A stretch of 64,000 bases of DNA, from the NCBI GenBank assembly GCA_023435705.1, contig JAEYRH010000003.1, positions 202,737-266,736 of the forward strand, given 5' to 3'. The notes below the pieces were generated by a model that was not told the origin of the DNA, made no database searches, and was given only the letters and a program-made list of their open reading frames with translations. The stretch is from Bacillota bacterium. Lineage in GTDB: Bacteria; Bacillota; Clostridia; Christensenellales; UMGS416. Shown piece by piece: positions 17,579-28,735 of this stretch. The first letter of the stretch is position 1. Each line of letters starts with the position of its first letter. Made by a program: the position numbers and the translations under genes.

Positions 17579-19933
17579 ATGAAGTTTCTGTTGAACATGA
17601 AGATCATGCCCAAACTGATCGCCGCTTTCCTATTGGTGGCAGCGATCGCTGCGGCTGTGGGCGCTGTTGGTATATTCAACATATCTGATATCAACAGTGA
17701 TTACACAAAAATGTATTACAACACCACAGTTCCGCTCAACGATATGGTCACGCTGTCCGGGATGTGGCAACGATCCAGGCTGGTCATGCGAGACGTCATT
17801 TTGAAAGATGACACGGAGAGCATGAAGGATGAGCTTGAAAGCCTGCAAGCCAAGTTTGATAATGTGGTTGCTGCGCATGATAAACTTGGCAAATCCATAA
17901 CTGACGCTGAAGCCAAGCAGCTATTGCAGGACTTCAAAGCGAAATATGACATCTATCTGCCGCTCAAAGACCGTGTTGTCGCTTTGGCAGTGGAAAACAA
18001 GGATGGAGAGGCCGAACAGCTGATGCAGAGCCCCGAAGTGGATGGGGCTGCCGGGGATGTCACTGATGCGATCTCTGCATTGGGTGATAAGCTCTCCGAG
18101 TTGGGCAGCAAAACAATGGCATCGAACACGTCCGGGGCGAATACTGCTACCTGGATCATGTGGGCGTTGATCGCTGTGGCTGCTTTGCTCTCAGTGGGGC
18201 TCGGGCTGTTGGTCGCGGTTTCAATCAGCAACCCGATCCGCAGGGTGGTGAAAAGCGCCCAAGATATTGTGATGGGTGATTTCAGCACCAATGAGGGTTT
18301 TGGTATAGACAACGGCACTGAAATCGGCCAACTGGCCAAAGCTTTTCAAGATGTAAAAGACGCGATCGGCAGTCTGATTACCGACATCAATCTGCTGGTG
18401 CAGGCCTCAGAAGAGGGCAGGCTGGAAACCCGTGTGGACTCGAAAAAGTACAGCGGTGAATACAGGCGGATCATCGATGGCTTCAACAACAGCCTGGAGG
18501 CCATCCACATGCCTGTGAAGGAAATCACTGTGGTGCTGGACAAAATGTCTGTGAACGACCTGACCATGAAGGTAAACGGCGTATATCGCGGTGATTTCCA
18601 GACAATGATTGACGCAATGAACGGTGTAACGGAGCGGCTTGTCTCCATTCAGACCATATTCATCAATATGGCAAAAGGCGACCTGTCACAATTGGAAGGC
18701 TTCGAGAAAATCGGAAAACGCAGCGAGAATGACCGGATGCTTCCGTCGGTCATCCGGTTCATGCGCATTCTTGAGAACCTTACAGAAGATATCCGCAAAC
18801 TGACTGTGGAAGCATCAAACGGCAATCTGGACGTGCGCGGTGATGCTTCTGAATATGAGGGGAAATATGCGCAATTGCTGCTGGGAATCAACGGTATCAT
18901 CAACGCGATGGCAGAACCCCTGCGTGAATCGGTGTCTGTATTGGGGTCGATGGCTGGCAATGATTTCTCCCAGAGCATAGATGGGGATTATAGAGGTGCG
19001 TTCCTCGAGTTGGCTGAGTCGGTGAATAGTGTAACCGATACCCTGAACCAAACGCTCCACGAAATCAACATCGCGTCTGAGCAGGTGGCATCAGGCACCA
19101 ACCAGGTGGCGGCCGGCAGCCAGGCGCTCAGCCAGGGCGCAACCGAGCAAGCCAGCGCCATCGAGCAGCTCACAGCGTCGCTCAATGAGATCGCCGGCCA
19201 GACCAGGCAGAACGCACTGAACGCCAGCCAGGCAAGCGAACTTTCGAATACGGCCAGAAGCAACGCGATCTCCGGCAATGAGCAGATGCGCAACATGCAG
19301 CAGGCGATGTCTGCGATCAACGAGGCGTCCAACAACATCTCGAAGATCATCAAGGTGATAGACGAAATTGCCTTCCAGACCAACCTGTTGGCACTGAACG
19401 CGGCGGTGGAAGCCGCCCGAGCCGGGCAGCATGGCAAGGGTTTTGCAGTGGTAGCCGAAGAAGTGAGGAGCCTGGCCCAGCGGAGTGCCAATGCTGCAAA
19501 GGAAACCACAGCCATGATCGAGGAGGCCATTCGCCGGGTGAAGGAAGGCTCGAAGATGGCTGACAACACGGCCACGGCATTGAACCGCATTGTGCAGGAT
19601 GTGGAAAAGGCAACGGAGCTGGTGGGTGGCATCGCCAAGGCCAGTAACGACCAGGCTTCCGCTATTGCCCAGGTAAACAAGGGAATCGAGCAGGTGAGCC
19701 AGGTCACGCAAACCAACTCAGCCACCGCTGAGGAGAGCGCCGCCGCCAGTGAGGAGCTCTCCAGCCAGGCGGCCTTGGTCAAGGAAATGGTTGGTCGGTT
19801 CAACTTGAAGCAGCACAACAGGCTCGCCTCGCAGAAGAGCACCAGCCAGGGTAAGCCATCCGCAACTCAAGTTGGTCGGCTTACCGGTAAGCCGCAGATC
19901 GCTCTGAATGATCGTGAGTTTGGCAAGTACTAA
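17579..19933 (+). CDS. Methyl-accepting chemotaxis protein (four-helix-bundle sensor, HAMP plus extra HAMP-like repeats)
   Basis: Start at [14 protein letters not shown] (GGAGGA RBS). Two TM segments. The conserved signalling core is [38 protein letters not shown]. Confidence 0.9.
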   Translation: MKFLLNMKIMPKLIAAFLLVAAIAAAVGAVGIFNISDINSDYTKMYYNTTVPLNDMVTLSGMWQRSRLVMRDVILKDDTESMKDELESLQAKFDNVVAAHDKLGKSITDAEAKQLLQDFKAKYDIYLPLKDRVVALAVENKDGEAEQLMQSPEVDGAAGDVTDAISALGDKLSELGSKTMASNTSGANTATWIMWALIAVAALLSVGLGLLVAVSISNPIRRVVKSAQDIVMGDFSTNEGFGIDNGTEIGQLAKAFQDVKDAIGSLITDINLLVQASEEGRLETRVDSKKYSGEYRRIIDGFNNSLEAIHMPVKEITVVLDKMSVNDLTMKVNGVYRGDFQTMIDAMNGVTERLVSIQTIFINMAKGDLSQLEGFEKIGKRSENDRMLPSVIRFMRILENLTEDIRKLTVEASNGNLDVRGDASEYEGKYAQLLLGINGIINAMAEPLRESVSVLGSMAGNDFSQSIDGDYRGAFLELAESVNSVTDTLNQTLHEINIASEQVASGTNQVAAGSQALSQGATEQASAIEQLTASLNEIAGQTRQNALNASQASELSNTARSNAISGNEQMRNMQQAMSAINEASNNISKIIKVIDEIAFQTNLLALNAAVEAARAGQHGKGFAVVAEEVRSLAQRSANAAKETTAMIEEAIRRVKEGSKMADNTATALNRIVQDVEKATELVGGIAKASNDQASAIAQVNKGIEQVSQVTQTNSATAEESAAASEELSSQAALVKEMVGRFNLKQHNRLASQKSTSQGKPSATQVGRLTGKPQIALNDREFGKY

Positions 19934-19960
19934 GCACGATTGGATTCAACAAGCATTCCG

Positions 19961-19986
19961 AGGCCCCGCAGTGCGGGGCCTTTTTC
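19961..19986 (+). terminator. Rho-independent terminator after the first chemoreceptor gene
   Basis: GGCCCCGC-agt-GCGGGGCC followed by TTTTT. Confidence 0.85.
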
Positions 19987-20126
19987 GATTCTGATGAATT
20001 GCCCGCTGGTTCTTTTAGAAGGCACAGGTATTCCTGGTTAAATCGCGTTATTCTTATATATTTGGTTTGTGATCCGTCAATTTTGGGCATTATTTATTTG
20101 AAAGCCTAAGCAAAGGGGAGAAATGA

Positions 20127-22703
20127 ATGAAAAGACGTAAGGGCATTACCATTGCTGTGAAGTTCGCGCTGGTGATTACCGTTGTATTGATGATTTGCAG
20201 CGCGTCCATCGGCGTTCTTGCATATCTTTCGGCCAGTAATGAATCGATGGAGGCGCTGCGGCAGAGACTGCAGAACAAGGTGACGGACAGCGCGGCGCAG
20301 ATCAAGCTTCAGATCCATGAGTACTTTACGTCTCTGGAGGGAATTGCGTTGCGCCCCGATATCGTGGGCATGGACTGGGACACACAAAAGCCTGTGTTGG
20401 AAAAGGAAGCAGCAAGGCTCGGGTTTATGAAAATGGGCGTTTCCAACCTGGATGGCGAAGCAGTCTATAGCAATGGGTCTTCTACCAACATTTCCAAACG
20501 CCAATACTTCCAGCTGGCGGTTGCGGGGAGCACCAACATATCTGACCCGCTGATGAGCACTGCGGAAAACAAGATGGTGCTGGTCATCGCCACACCCATC
20601 AAGGATTCCACCGGTAAGATAACCGGTGTGCTGCTGGCCACATCGGATGACCGATTCCTGAGCAACCTGGTCGGCAGCGTAAAGGAGGGCTCCACAGGTT
20701 ATGCCTTCATGCTCAACAAAAGTGGCACAGTGATTGCCCATCCGCAGCAACAGCTTGTGCTTGAGGCAAACAACAATGCCGACAAGCTGAAAGAGAACGG
20801 CGATTTGGCCTCATTGGTGACCGTGGAGAAGAAGATGATTGCCGGCGAAGATGGATTTGACACGTTTGTGAGCAAAGGTGTGCCATACTTCAGCAGCTTC
20901 ACTGGCATAGAGGGACTGGGTTGGTCAATGGCCGTTGCTGTGACCCAGCAGGAGGTTCTGGAGCCAATGGTGCGCTTGCGTGCAAGCATTGTTATGGCTA
21001 CTTTGATTTCTCTGTTGGCTGGTGTGTTCGCGGCGATCCTGTTCGCCCGTATGCTGGTTATCAAGCCAATTCAAGCAATCACCGCAGCGGCCAGAAAGCT
21101 TGCTTTGGGAGATATTGACGTGACGTTCCAGACTCGCTCAGGCGATGAAATCGGGCAGATGTCAGAGGCATTTGAGTCTATCATAAGGGGCATCCGGCAG
21201 CAGTCAGAAGCAGCGGAGAAAATTGCAAATGGAGAAATGGATGCTGATGTGACCGTGCGATCTGATAAGGATGTGCTGAACAACAGCCTGGAGTCAATGA
21301 TCCGAACGCAGCGGCAACTTTCCAGCCAGTTTGAGACGTTGATCCAAGCATCTTCCGCCGGAGATTTTTCACAACGCGGTGAAGCCGGTATGCTCAGCGG
21401 TCAATATGCGCGCATGCTCTCTGGAGTGAACTCCATCCTCGACGAGGTGGAGGGAGCTCTTGCCAAGATCAAATCGGCGCAGCTTGTGGCTCAAAAGCAG
21501 GCATCATATCAGCAGGCAGAGGTTGGGAAGCTGGTTAGGAATCTGGAGCGGTTGGCTGAGGGCAGCCTTGATTGCGACATGCAGGCCGCACAGCCGGATG
21601 CGGATACGCAGGAGCTTTATGAGGTCTATGACGGCATCAGCCACAACCTGCATCAGAGCGTCAACGCCATCCGTGGTTATATCTCAGACATCACCCATAC
21701 ACTGGGCATGATGTCACAGGGCAATCTGGATGTGCAGATCACGGGTCAATACAAGGGCGATTTTGTGCGCATCAAGGAATCGATCAATGAGATCATCTTG
21801 TCCCTCAACGATACATTGCATGAGATCAACACCTCTGCCGAGCAGGTGGCTGCCGGAACCCAGCAGGTTGCCGCCGGCAGTCAGGCCCTTTCACAAGGCG
21901 CGACTGAGCAAGCCAGCGCCATCGAGCAGCTCACCGCATCACTGATGGAGATTGCTGCGCAGACCCGCCAGAACGCCTTGAGCGCCGCTGAGGCAAGCGC
22001 ACTGGCCCAGACTGCCAAGCAGGACGCAGTCGAGGGTGATGATCGGATGGATCAACTGCAGCGGGCGATGGGCGAAATCAATGAATCGTCTACGAGCATT
22101 TCCCGGATCATCAAGGTCATTGATGAAATCGCATTCCAGACCAACCTGCTCGCGCTGAATGCGGCGGTGGAGGCCGCCCGTGCCGGACAGCATGGAAAAG
22201 GGTTTGCAGTGGTGGCTGAAGAGGTGCGCAACCTGGCGCAGCGCAGCGCCAACGCAGCCAAGGAAACGACCGCTATGATTGAGGGGTCCATCCGCAAGGT
22301 GAAAGAGGGAACGCGCATTGCCAATGACACGGCCCAGGCATTGAACCGGATTGTGGGCGGCGTGCAAAAGGCGTCAGTGCTGGTAGGCGGAATCGCCGAG
22401 GCCAGCGGCAGCCAGGCGCAGGCCGTGGCACAGGTGAACACCGGCATCGATCAAGTGAGTATGGTCACGCAAACCAACTCCGCCACGGCCGAAGAGAGCG
22501 CCGCTGCCAGCGAAGAGCTCTCCAGCCAGGCTGTGATCCTGAAAGACATGGTGGGGCGGTTCACTCTGAGGGGCCAAGCGCCCATCAGCGGTCAGCGAGG
22601 GACTGTTCTGCAAGCCGGTGACGGTAAACACAAATCCAGCGTCACGAGCAACCTGACCAAGCCCAGGATATCATTGGCAGACACGGAATTTGGGAAATAT
22701 TGA
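20127..22703 (+). CDS. Methyl-accepting chemotaxis protein with a dCache-type periplasmic sensor
   Basis: 858 aa. The periplasmic region has Cache-like motifs ([31 protein letters not shown]). It also has HAMP and the same signalling core, [38 protein letters not shown]. Confidence 0.9.
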   Translation: MKRRKGITIAVKFALVITVVLMICSASIGVLAYLSASNESMEALRQRLQNKVTDSAAQIKLQIHEYFTSLEGIALRPDIVGMDWDTQKPVLEKEAARLGFMKMGVSNLDGEAVYSNGSSTNISKRQYFQLAVAGSTNISDPLMSTAENKMVLVIATPIKDSTGKITGVLLATSDDRFLSNLVGSVKEGSTGYAFMLNKSGTVIAHPQQQLVLEANNNADKLKENGDLASLVTVEKKMIAGEDGFDTFVSKGVPYFSSFTGIEGLGWSMAVAVTQQEVLEPMVRLRASIVMATLISLLAGVFAAILFARMLVIKPIQAITAAARKLALGDIDVTFQTRSGDEIGQMSEAFESIIRGIRQQSEAAEKIANGEMDADVTVRSDKDVLNNSLESMIRTQRQLSSQFETLIQASSAGDFSQRGEAGMLSGQYARMLSGVNSILDEVEGALAKIKSAQLVAQKQASYQQAEVGKLVRNLERLAEGSLDCDMQAAQPDADTQELYEVYDGISHNLHQSVNAIRGYISDITHTLGMMSQGNLDVQITGQYKGDFVRIKESINEIILSLNDTLHEINTSAEQVAAGTQQVAAGSQALSQGATEQASAIEQLTASLMEIAAQTRQNALSAAEASALAQTAKQDAVEGDDRMDQLQRAMGEINESSTSISRIIKVIDEIAFQTNLLALNAAVEAARAGQHGKGFAVVAEEVRNLAQRSANAAKETTAMIEGSIRKVKEGTRIANDTAQALNRIVGGVQKASVLVGGIAEASGSQAQAVAQVNTGIDQVSMVTQTNSATAEESAAASEELSSQAVILKDMVGRFTLRGQAPISGQRGTVLQAGDGKHKSSVTSNLTKPRISLADTEFGKY

Positions 22704-22716
22704 ACGAATTTTTGCT

Positions 22717-22748
22717 GTGGCCCCGAAGAGATGAGTCTTCGGGGCCAC
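22717..22748 (+). terminator. Stem-loop after the second chemoreceptor gene (no clear U-tract)
   Basis: GTGGCCCCGAAG-agatgagt-CTTCGGGGCCAC, a 12-bp perfect stem. Confidence 0.55.
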
Positions 22749-22802
22749 TACTAATTCTTAGTATATACGAAAAACAATACAAGTTTTCTGGTGCTTCAGT
22801 AT

Positions 22803-22831
22803 TTGACAAACAGGCCATCATGCCGTATCCT
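22803..22831 (+). promoter_or_regulatory. Candidate sigma-A promoter of the SulP gene
   Basis: TTGACA - 17 nt - TATCCT, about 40 nt upstream of the ATG at 22872. Confidence 0.45.
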
Positions 22832-22871
22832 ACTGAAAGTTTGCAATAATACATATTTTCCGGAGCGTTAT

Positions 22872-24542
22872 ATGGGAAAAACAGGGTTGACAAGTCTTTT
22901 TCGGCGGGAATTTCAAGGTTATAACGGGCGAACGTTCGCCCAGGACGCGCTGGCTGGCCTCACCGTGACGGCCGTGGCGCTGCCGCTGGCGTTGGCCTTC
23001 GGCGTTGCCTCAGGTGCCACAGCCTCGGCGGGGCTGATCACGGCGATCGTCGCTGGTCTGGTGATCGGCTTGCTCTCCGGTGCGCCATATCAAATCTCCG
23101 GCCCCACCGGCGCGATGAGCGCAATCCTGATCTTGCTTGTGCAAAAATATGGATTGCCCGGTGTGTGGGTGGCAGGGCTCATATCCGGGGCGATCCTGTT
23201 GGTACTGGGCCTGCTCAAGCTTGGAAAACTGATCAGCTATATTCCTTCACCGGTGATTACCGGATTCACATCGGGCATCGCGCTCATCATCGCCATCGGC
23301 CAGATTGATAATTTCCTGGGGATTACAACGCCGGGCTCGGAATCAGCCGCACTGAAGCTGTTTGGCTATTTCAAAGGCGGGTTTATGCCCGATTGGCATG
23401 CGGCAGTGTTTGGCGCCGCGGTGATTGCGATCATGGTGTTGTGGCCGAAGAAATGGCAAGCCCGCTTCCCATCGTCGTTGGCGGCCATCGTGGTGGTGTT
23501 GGCGGCCAATGCGCTGCTCAACTGGACGGTTCCCATGGTGGGCGACATCCCCCGCACGCTGCTGCCGCAGGAAAGACTTGTGTTTTCGTCGATCCCATGG
23601 GCTGATCTTGGAGACCTGGTCGCCCCGGCAATCACGATTGCTGTGTTGGGCATGGTGGAAAGCCTCCTGTGCGGCGCGGTGGCCGGCAACATGACCGGCA
23701 AACTGCTGAAAGCCGACCAGGAGTTGATCGCCCAGGGTGTGGGCAATATGCTGGTCCCATTTTTGGGCGGCGTGCCGGCCACGGCGGCCATCGCCCGCAC
23801 CAGCGTGGGAATCAAGTCTGGTGGGCAGACCCGCATGGTCAGTGTGATCCATTCTGTCGGGCTGCTGGCTTCCATGTTTCTGCTGGCCCCGGTGATGTCG
23901 CGCATCCCGCTGTCGGCACTGGCTGGTGTGCTGATGGTCACCGCCTTTCGGATGAATGAATGGGAAAGCATCCGGTTCATGCTGCACAAGCGCTTCAAGG
24001 CCGCAATCCTTGCCTTTGCCGTGACCATGGTTTGCACGGTGGCGCTGGATCTCACGCAGGCGATTTTGGTGGGCGTGGGCGTATCGGCGGTGTTGTTTCT
24101 CAAGAGCATATCAGACCTGGAGGTGCAGGTGCTGGATGTGGATCCGGAGCGCCTCAGAGAGAAGGGTATTCAAAATGCCGGACTGTGCCGCAATGCAAAG
24201 GTGGCCTATTTGACAGGTCCGGTGTTCTTTGCCGCGGTGGACACGATGAACACTGCGCTCCAGCACCTGGAGGGCACTCACACACTGATCTTGTCAATGC
24301 GCGGTGTGCCGTTGCTGGACATCTGTGGCCTGCAGGCGATGGTCAAGCTGACGGAGAGGATGCAAGGCAGCGGCTGCACGCTGATGTTGGCAAGTGTGCA
24401 GCCACAGGTGATGAAGATGATGGAGCGCGGAGGCCTGCTGGGCATGATCCAGCAGGAGAACATTTTCTGGAGTGCTGATCAGGCCATTGTGGAAGCTGAG
24501 CGGCGGGGCTGCCTATGCTCCCCAATCGCAGAAGGGGCTTAA
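22872..24542 (+). CDS. SulP-family anion transporter with a C-terminal STAS domain
   Basis: Start at MGKTGLTSLFRREFQGYNG. Contains LAGLTVTAVALPLALAFGVASG and multiple TM segments. The STAS-like end reads AKVAYLTGPVFFAAVD...LILSMRGVPLLDICGL. Confidence 0.85.
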   Translation: MGKTGLTSLFRREFQGYNGRTFAQDALAGLTVTAVALPLALAFGVASGATASAGLITAIVAGLVIGLLSGAPYQISGPTGAMSAILILLVQKYGLPGVWVAGLISGAILLVLGLLKLGKLISYIPSPVITGFTSGIALIIAIGQIDNFLGITTPGSESAALKLFGYFKGGFMPDWHAAVFGAAVIAIMVLWPKKWQARFPSSLAAIVVVLAANALLNWTVPMVGDIPRTLLPQERLVFSSIPWADLGDLVAPAITIAVLGMVESLLCGAVAGNMTGKLLKADQELIAQGVGNMLVPFLGGVPATAAIARTSVGIKSGGQTRMVSVIHSVGLLASMFLLAPVMSRIPLSALAGVLMVTAFRMNEWESIRFMLHKRFKAAILAFAVTMVCTVALDLTQAILVGVGVSAVLFLKSISDLEVQVLDVDPERLREKGIQNAGLCRNAKVAYLTGPVFFAAVDTMNTALQHLEGTHTLILSMRGVPLLDICGLQAMVKLTERMQGSGCTLMLASVQPQVMKMMERGGLLGMIQQENIFWSADQAIVEAERRGCLCSPIAEGA

Positions 24543-24874
24543 TCCAAGCCGTTCAGGATGGCAGCTTTGCAATCCGCAGCGACCAACCGGTGCTTCAGGA
24601 TCGCCTGATAATCCGGCGATCGATACCACCGCAGCAGTTCATCCCTGCTCGGAAATTCAATTAGAACGATCCGCCCTGCACCGGGAGCACCCTCCAGTGT
24701 CTCCGGTGATGAATCAACCGCCAGGTATTTTCCGTTGAATCTCGCAAACACCTCGTCCACCTGGGCGAGGTATTTTTCATATTCCGGCTGATCATGGATG
24801 TTGATGCATGCAATAAAATAACAGCTCAGCGCAATCCCTCCCAAACAAAACACGGGTATGCCCGGTTCATGCAT
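24539..24874 (-). CDS. DUF1330-domain protein
   Basis: Start at MHEPG. Contains CYFIACINIHDQPEYEKYLAQVDEVFARFNGKYLAV...ELLRWYRSPDYQAILKHR. Its stop codon overlaps the convergent SulP stop. Confidence 0.65.
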   Translation of the reverse strand: MHEPGIPVFCLGGIALSCYFIACINIHDQPEYEKYLAQVDEVFARFNGKYLAVDSSPETLEGAPGAGRIVLIEFPSRDELLRWYRSPDYQAILKHRLVAADCKAAILNGLD

Positions 24875-24915
24875 CGTATCACCTTTCAATGACCGTTTCA
24901 ATTCCGGCATAGGAA

Positions 24916-24944
24916 ATGCCCTCCCGGCATTGCCGGGAGGGCAT
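24916..24944. terminator. 13-bp perfect stem-loop between secF and the DUF1330 gene
   Basis: ATGCCCTCCCGGC-att-GCCGGGAGGGCAT, directly downstream of the secF stop. Confidence 0.55.
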
Positions 24945-24965
24945 AAAGGCACTCTACTCTTTGGG

Positions 24966-25910
24966 CTACGCGTTCTGTTTGACGTGCTTGAGGCGGTTAT
25001 CCCTCTTGCGGAGTTGCCACATCGCCCACAGGGGCCCGGCGATGCACACGGTGGAATAACAGCCGCTGATCGTGCCGATGGCCATCGGCAGCGCGAAGCG
25101 CTGGATGGAGTCGATGCCGTTGCCGAACGCGAAGATCCACACCAGCGAGATGGACAGGAACACTGCCAGGTTGGTGTTGACCGAGCGGCTCAGTGACTGG
25201 GTGACCGAGCGGTTCACCAGTTGGTCCACCGGCATCTTGGAGTCCAGGCGCGCGTTTTCACGGATGCGGTCATAAATGACAATCGTGTCGTTGATGGAGT
25301 AACCGATGATGGTGAGCGCTACGGCCACAAAGCTGTCGCCGATCGGGATCTTGAACAGCACGCAGGTGAAGAACACCACCAGCAAGTCATGCAGCAATGC
25401 TACCAGCGCCATCACGCCGGCGGAGAGGCCGGAGATCCTGCGGAAGCTGTACCACACATAAAATACGATCAGAATGCTTGCCAGCACGATTGCCAGCATG
25501 CCGTTGCGCAGGAATTGCTTGCCGAAGAAGGGCTCCACCAGGATCGTCTCGGACACAGCCAGGCTGGCGTTTGGGAATTCGGCCTTCAGTGCGTCGTCCA
25601 GCTTCTGCTGCGCGTCGGCATCCAGGCCTTCGTTACCGGCCAGATTTAGCACCAGGCGCTCCTGCTTGGTGAGCAGATCGGTGGTTACCTGGGCATCCAC
25701 CAGACGGTTCAATGTGGTGCCGGCCACCTCGGCAGCGCGCTCGGCATCCACTGTGGTGGTCATGGTGTACTTGAGGATTGCGCCGCCTTTGAACTGGATG
25801 TCCAACTGTACGCCGTTGACAATGATCCCCACGATGCCAGCCAGCATGATCAGGCCGGAAATGATGAAATAAATGTATCGCTTTTCGTAAAACGGGATGA
25901 TTCTCTTCAT
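24966..25910 (-). CDS. secF: Protein translocase subunit SecF
   Basis: MKRIIPFYEKRYIYFIISGLIML..., with the start overlapping the secD stop (ATGA). An alternative start lies at 25922. Typical SecF TM pattern. Confidence 0.88.
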   Translation of the reverse strand: MKRIIPFYEKRYIYFIISGLIMLAGIVGIIVNGVQLDIQFKGGAILKYTMTTTVDAERAAEVAGTTLNRLVDAQVTTDLLTKQERLVLNLAGNEGLDADAQQKLDDALKAEFPNASLAVSETILVEPFFGKQFLRNGMLAIVLASILIVFYVWYSFRRISGLSAGVMALVALLHDLLVVFFTCVLFKIPIGDSFVAVALTIIGYSINDTIVIYDRIRENARLDSKMPVDQLVNRSVTQSLSRSVNTNLAVFLSISLVWIFAFGNGIDSIQRFALPMAIGTISGCYSTVCIAGPLWAMWQLRKRDNRLKHVKQNA

Positions 25911-27184
25911 GCCTTTGACCATCCTTTCGTGTAGAGTCCAGGCTTACGCAGGAACTCAAAGCGGCTCAGCGACTTGATCATGAGCCTGGAAGAGAACACG
26001 CCAGCCAGGAAGTTCATCGCAACACCGATCGCCAGCGTGATCGCGAATGACTGTATCGATCCGGAGCCAAGGAAATAGAGGATTGCGGCTACGATCCACA
26101 CCGTGATGTTTCCGTCAAACACCGAGCTGAATGCCCGCTTGAAGCCCGCGGCAATGGCGGCGTCCAATGTGCGGCCGGCTTTGATTTCCTCGCTGATGCG
26201 CTCAGAAATGATGATGTTGGCGTCCACACCCATGCCGATGGAGAGGATGACGCCGGCTATACCCGGAAGTGTCAGCGTGAGCTGCGGCAGTGAGAGTGCC
26301 AGCAGCTGGCCGGCCAGCTGCATCAGCAGCGCCAGACAAGCCACGAAACCGGGCAGCTTGTAGTATAGCAAGAGGAACAGGCAGATGACGCCGAAGGCCA
26401 ACGCGCCAGCGATCACCATCGTATCCAGTGCGCCGGTGCCCAGCGTGGGGCTGATCGTGGAGTTGTTCTTCGTCTCCAGCGAGAAGGGCAGCGCGCCTGC
26501 GGCGATTTTGTCCGCCAGATTTTTTGCCTCATCATAATTGGCCATGTTATCGATATAGGCTCTGCCGCCTGAAATCTGCGTACGGACGCTTGGGCTGGAA
26601 ATCTCGGTCTCATCCATGTAAATGGACATTATCTGGCCGATCATCTTGCCTGTCGCGTCTGAAAATAGCTTAGCGCCTTCACTGTCAAATTCCAGGTTTA
26701 CCACAAAGCCGCCGGTGTCTGGGTTGGTGCCCGGTTTGCTCAGTGTCACATGGGTGCCGTCCAGCAAGATGTTGCCGCTGGAATCGCGGAAGGTGAGCTT
26801 CGCTGTTTCGCCAAGCTCCTTAATGGCCTTCTGGGGGTCGAAATCTTTCTCGCCCGACTTCCAGGGGAAGCGCACGATGATGTATCCGAATTCCTTGTTG
26901 ACCGTCACATCCCGGTCGAAGATGTTCTTCTGATCCAGGCGGGTCTCAATGACAGACCGTGCTGCTTCCAATTCTTCGGCGGTGGGCAGCCTGCCCAGAT
27001 TCTTCGGCTGGAACACGGCGTCCACACCGCCGCGGATGTCAATGCCGTATCGCATATCAGGTGCGCCTTGCAGCGTGAAGTCATACACACCGAGGGGGAT
27101 CTTCACACCAAACAGCGCGACAGATGCCATCAGCAGGATCACGGCGGCCATGATAAAGAAATGATATCTCTTTACCTTCTTCAT
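25907..27184 (-). CDS. secD: Protein translocase subunit SecD
   Basis: Start at MKKVKRYHFFIMAAVILL (GAGGAG RBS). Contains GIDIRGGVDAVF and LPGIAGVILSIGMGVDANIIISERI. Confidence 0.88.
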   Translation of the reverse strand: MKKVKRYHFFIMAAVILLMASVALFGVKIPLGVYDFTLQGAPDMRYGIDIRGGVDAVFQPKNLGRLPTAEELEAARSVIETRLDQKNIFDRDVTVNKEFGYIIVRFPWKSGEKDFDPQKAIKELGETAKLTFRDSSGNILLDGTHVTLSKPGTNPDTGGFVVNLEFDSEGAKLFSDATGKMIGQIMSIYMDETEISSPSVRTQISGGRAYIDNMANYDEAKNLADKIAAGALPFSLETKNNSTISPTLGTGALDTMVIAGALAFGVICLFLLLYYKLPGFVACLALLMQLAGQLLALSLPQLTLTLPGIAGVILSIGMGVDANIIISERISEEIKAGRTLDAAIAAGFKRAFSSVFDGNITVWIVAAILYFLGSGSIQSFAITLAIGVAMNFLAGVFSSRLMIKSLSRFEFLRKPGLYTKGWSKA

Positions 27185-27286
27185 AATCGCTTTCTCCTCA
27201 CTATCTTTTCGGTTTCGAGTGACTCGGCGGCGCAGCCTGACAGGCACATAACCATGCACGATCTCACCGGAAACCGGGGTTGTTGA

Positions 27287-27706
27287 TCAGATAACGTGCG
27301 GGTTGAGCCAAGGAGGCGCGCGGCAGCTCAGAGCCACGCCTGTCAGGCGGGTCTTGACGGAAGTGGAGGTTGTTGCTGTCAAAAAGTAGAAATTGCAGGT
27401 GATGGAATCACTTGTGGAGATGATCGCTCTTGACGAGTTGCTTGTGGTTTGAGTGGTGCCTTGAAACGCAGGGCTGGCGCAGGTCAGGATCAACCGGCCC
27501 AACCCGGTCAACCCGGAATCTGCCAAGCCGGCGTCTGTGGTGGCCGGGAATCGATCCAGGGCTGTCTGAAGCTGAGTGGTGTGTGCTGCAATGCCGGTAT
27601 CGATATTTGGTTGCACGGCAGCAGTGGGCAGCATCAGCATCAACGCCGCGCTCACCGCCAGGAGAACCATCCACCGTTTCCGATTTGAACCGGTCATCGC
27701 TTGCAT
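27287..27706 (-). CDS. Hypothetical small secreted protein (weak call)
   Basis: MQAMTGSNRKRWMVLLAVSAALMLMLPTAAV looks like a signal peptide. The rest is Thr/Ser-rich and I recognise no family. A plus-strand ORF of similar size overlaps it. Confidence 0.35.
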   Translation of the reverse strand: MQAMTGSNRKRWMVLLAVSAALMLMLPTAAVQPNIDTGIAAHTTQLQTALDRFPATTDAGLADSGLTGLGRLILTCASPAFQGTTQTTSNSSRAIISTSDSITCNFYFLTATTSTSVKTRLTGVALSCRAPPWLNPHVI

Positions 27707-27818
27707 CCGCCGACCTTTCCAGACAAACAAATACAACACATTATAAGGGAATGCAAACAACCGTGTCAAACGCAATAAAAGGAACGAAGAGGTTCTTTTG
27801 ACAAGTCAAATAACTTCG

Positions 27819-28697
27819 TCAATATTTATCTGTGTTTCTGACGGAGTTGGGCGATTTGCCGTAGCAGGCGGTGAAGCAGCGCGTGAAATAGGTGGGGTCA
27901 TTGTAACCCACATGCCGGGAGATTTCAGAGATTTGCATGTTTGTATAGTTCAGCAGATGCCAGGCGGTGTTGAGCCGCTGCCAGGTGATGAACCGCGATG
28001 GCGCCTTGCCGCAGGCTTCTGTGAATATCTTATAAAAATAGGAGCGATTCAACCCCAGGTGGGCTGCCACATCAGATGTGGTGATGTCGCGGGAAATGTT
28101 CTCCCGGATAAAGTCCTTGGCCCGCTCCACATATTGCTCGGTGGAGAGCTTTGGCTGTGTGGGTTCGGTTTGCGGTGCCTTGCTGCTTTCACGGGCCAGG
28201 TGTGACATAAACTGCAAAAACAGCCCATAGCTTTCGATCACGTTCTCTGTGCCGCCTGATTTTGTGGTTTCGATGATCTGGCTCAGGAGGTCACGCTCCC
28301 GCTCGAACTGCTCCACAAACGCAATCACAGGCAAAGTGGGGGACAACGCGGTTTTGGCAATCATGCGCGGCACCGACTGGCCGGTGAAGCCCACCCAGAT
28401 GTACTCCCAGGGCGCTTCATGATCGGCGATATAGTGCACCGGCGTCTCCGGAAACAGCAGGAACCCCTGCCGTTCAGACAGGTTGAACTCCTTGCCGCCG
28501 GTCCGGAGCTTGCCCTTGCCAGACAGAATCAAATGGAATACGTAATGGCCGCGCATGTCTGGCCCCCAGGCATGACCGGGCTTGCACTTTTCATGGCCGC
28601 AAAAGAGCAGCTTGAGGTCGCACAGCTCAAAGTCCTGCACGTCAAACTCGATATCGGCATCACATGGGTTGCGCGGCTGGTTCATTTCATGCTCCAA
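27819..28697 (-). CDS. AraC-family transcriptional regulator (cupin-type sensor plus two HTH)
   Basis: The C-terminus reads ITTSDVAAHLGLNRSYFYKIFTEACGKAPSRFITWQRLNTAWHLLNYTNMQISEISRHVGYNDPTYFTRCF. It is divergent from the GH4 gene. Confidence 0.85.
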   Translation of the reverse strand: MEHEMNQPRNPCDADIEFDVQDFELCDLKLLFCGHEKCKPGHAWGPDMRGHYVFHLILSGKGKLRTGGKEFNLSERQGFLLFPETPVHYIADHEAPWEYIWVGFTGQSVPRMIAKTALSPTLPVIAFVEQFERERDLLSQIIETTKSGGTENVIESYGLFLQFMSHLARESSKAPQTEPTQPKLSTEQYVERAKDFIRENISRDITTSDVAAHLGLNRSYFYKIFTEACGKAPSRFITWQRLNTAWHLLNYTNMQISEISRHVGYNDPTYFTRCFTACYGKSPNSVRNTDKY

Positions 28698-28735
28698 TGC
28701 CTGTGGATCGTAAGTAGTTTAAGGTTCATGTTCAA

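Noticed and set aside
24539-24542. Stop-codon overlap of the convergent SulP and DUF1330 genes (ttaa) with no terminator between them.
   Set aside because: The overlap is real, but it is a common consequence of compact gene packing. I see no evidence of functional significance.
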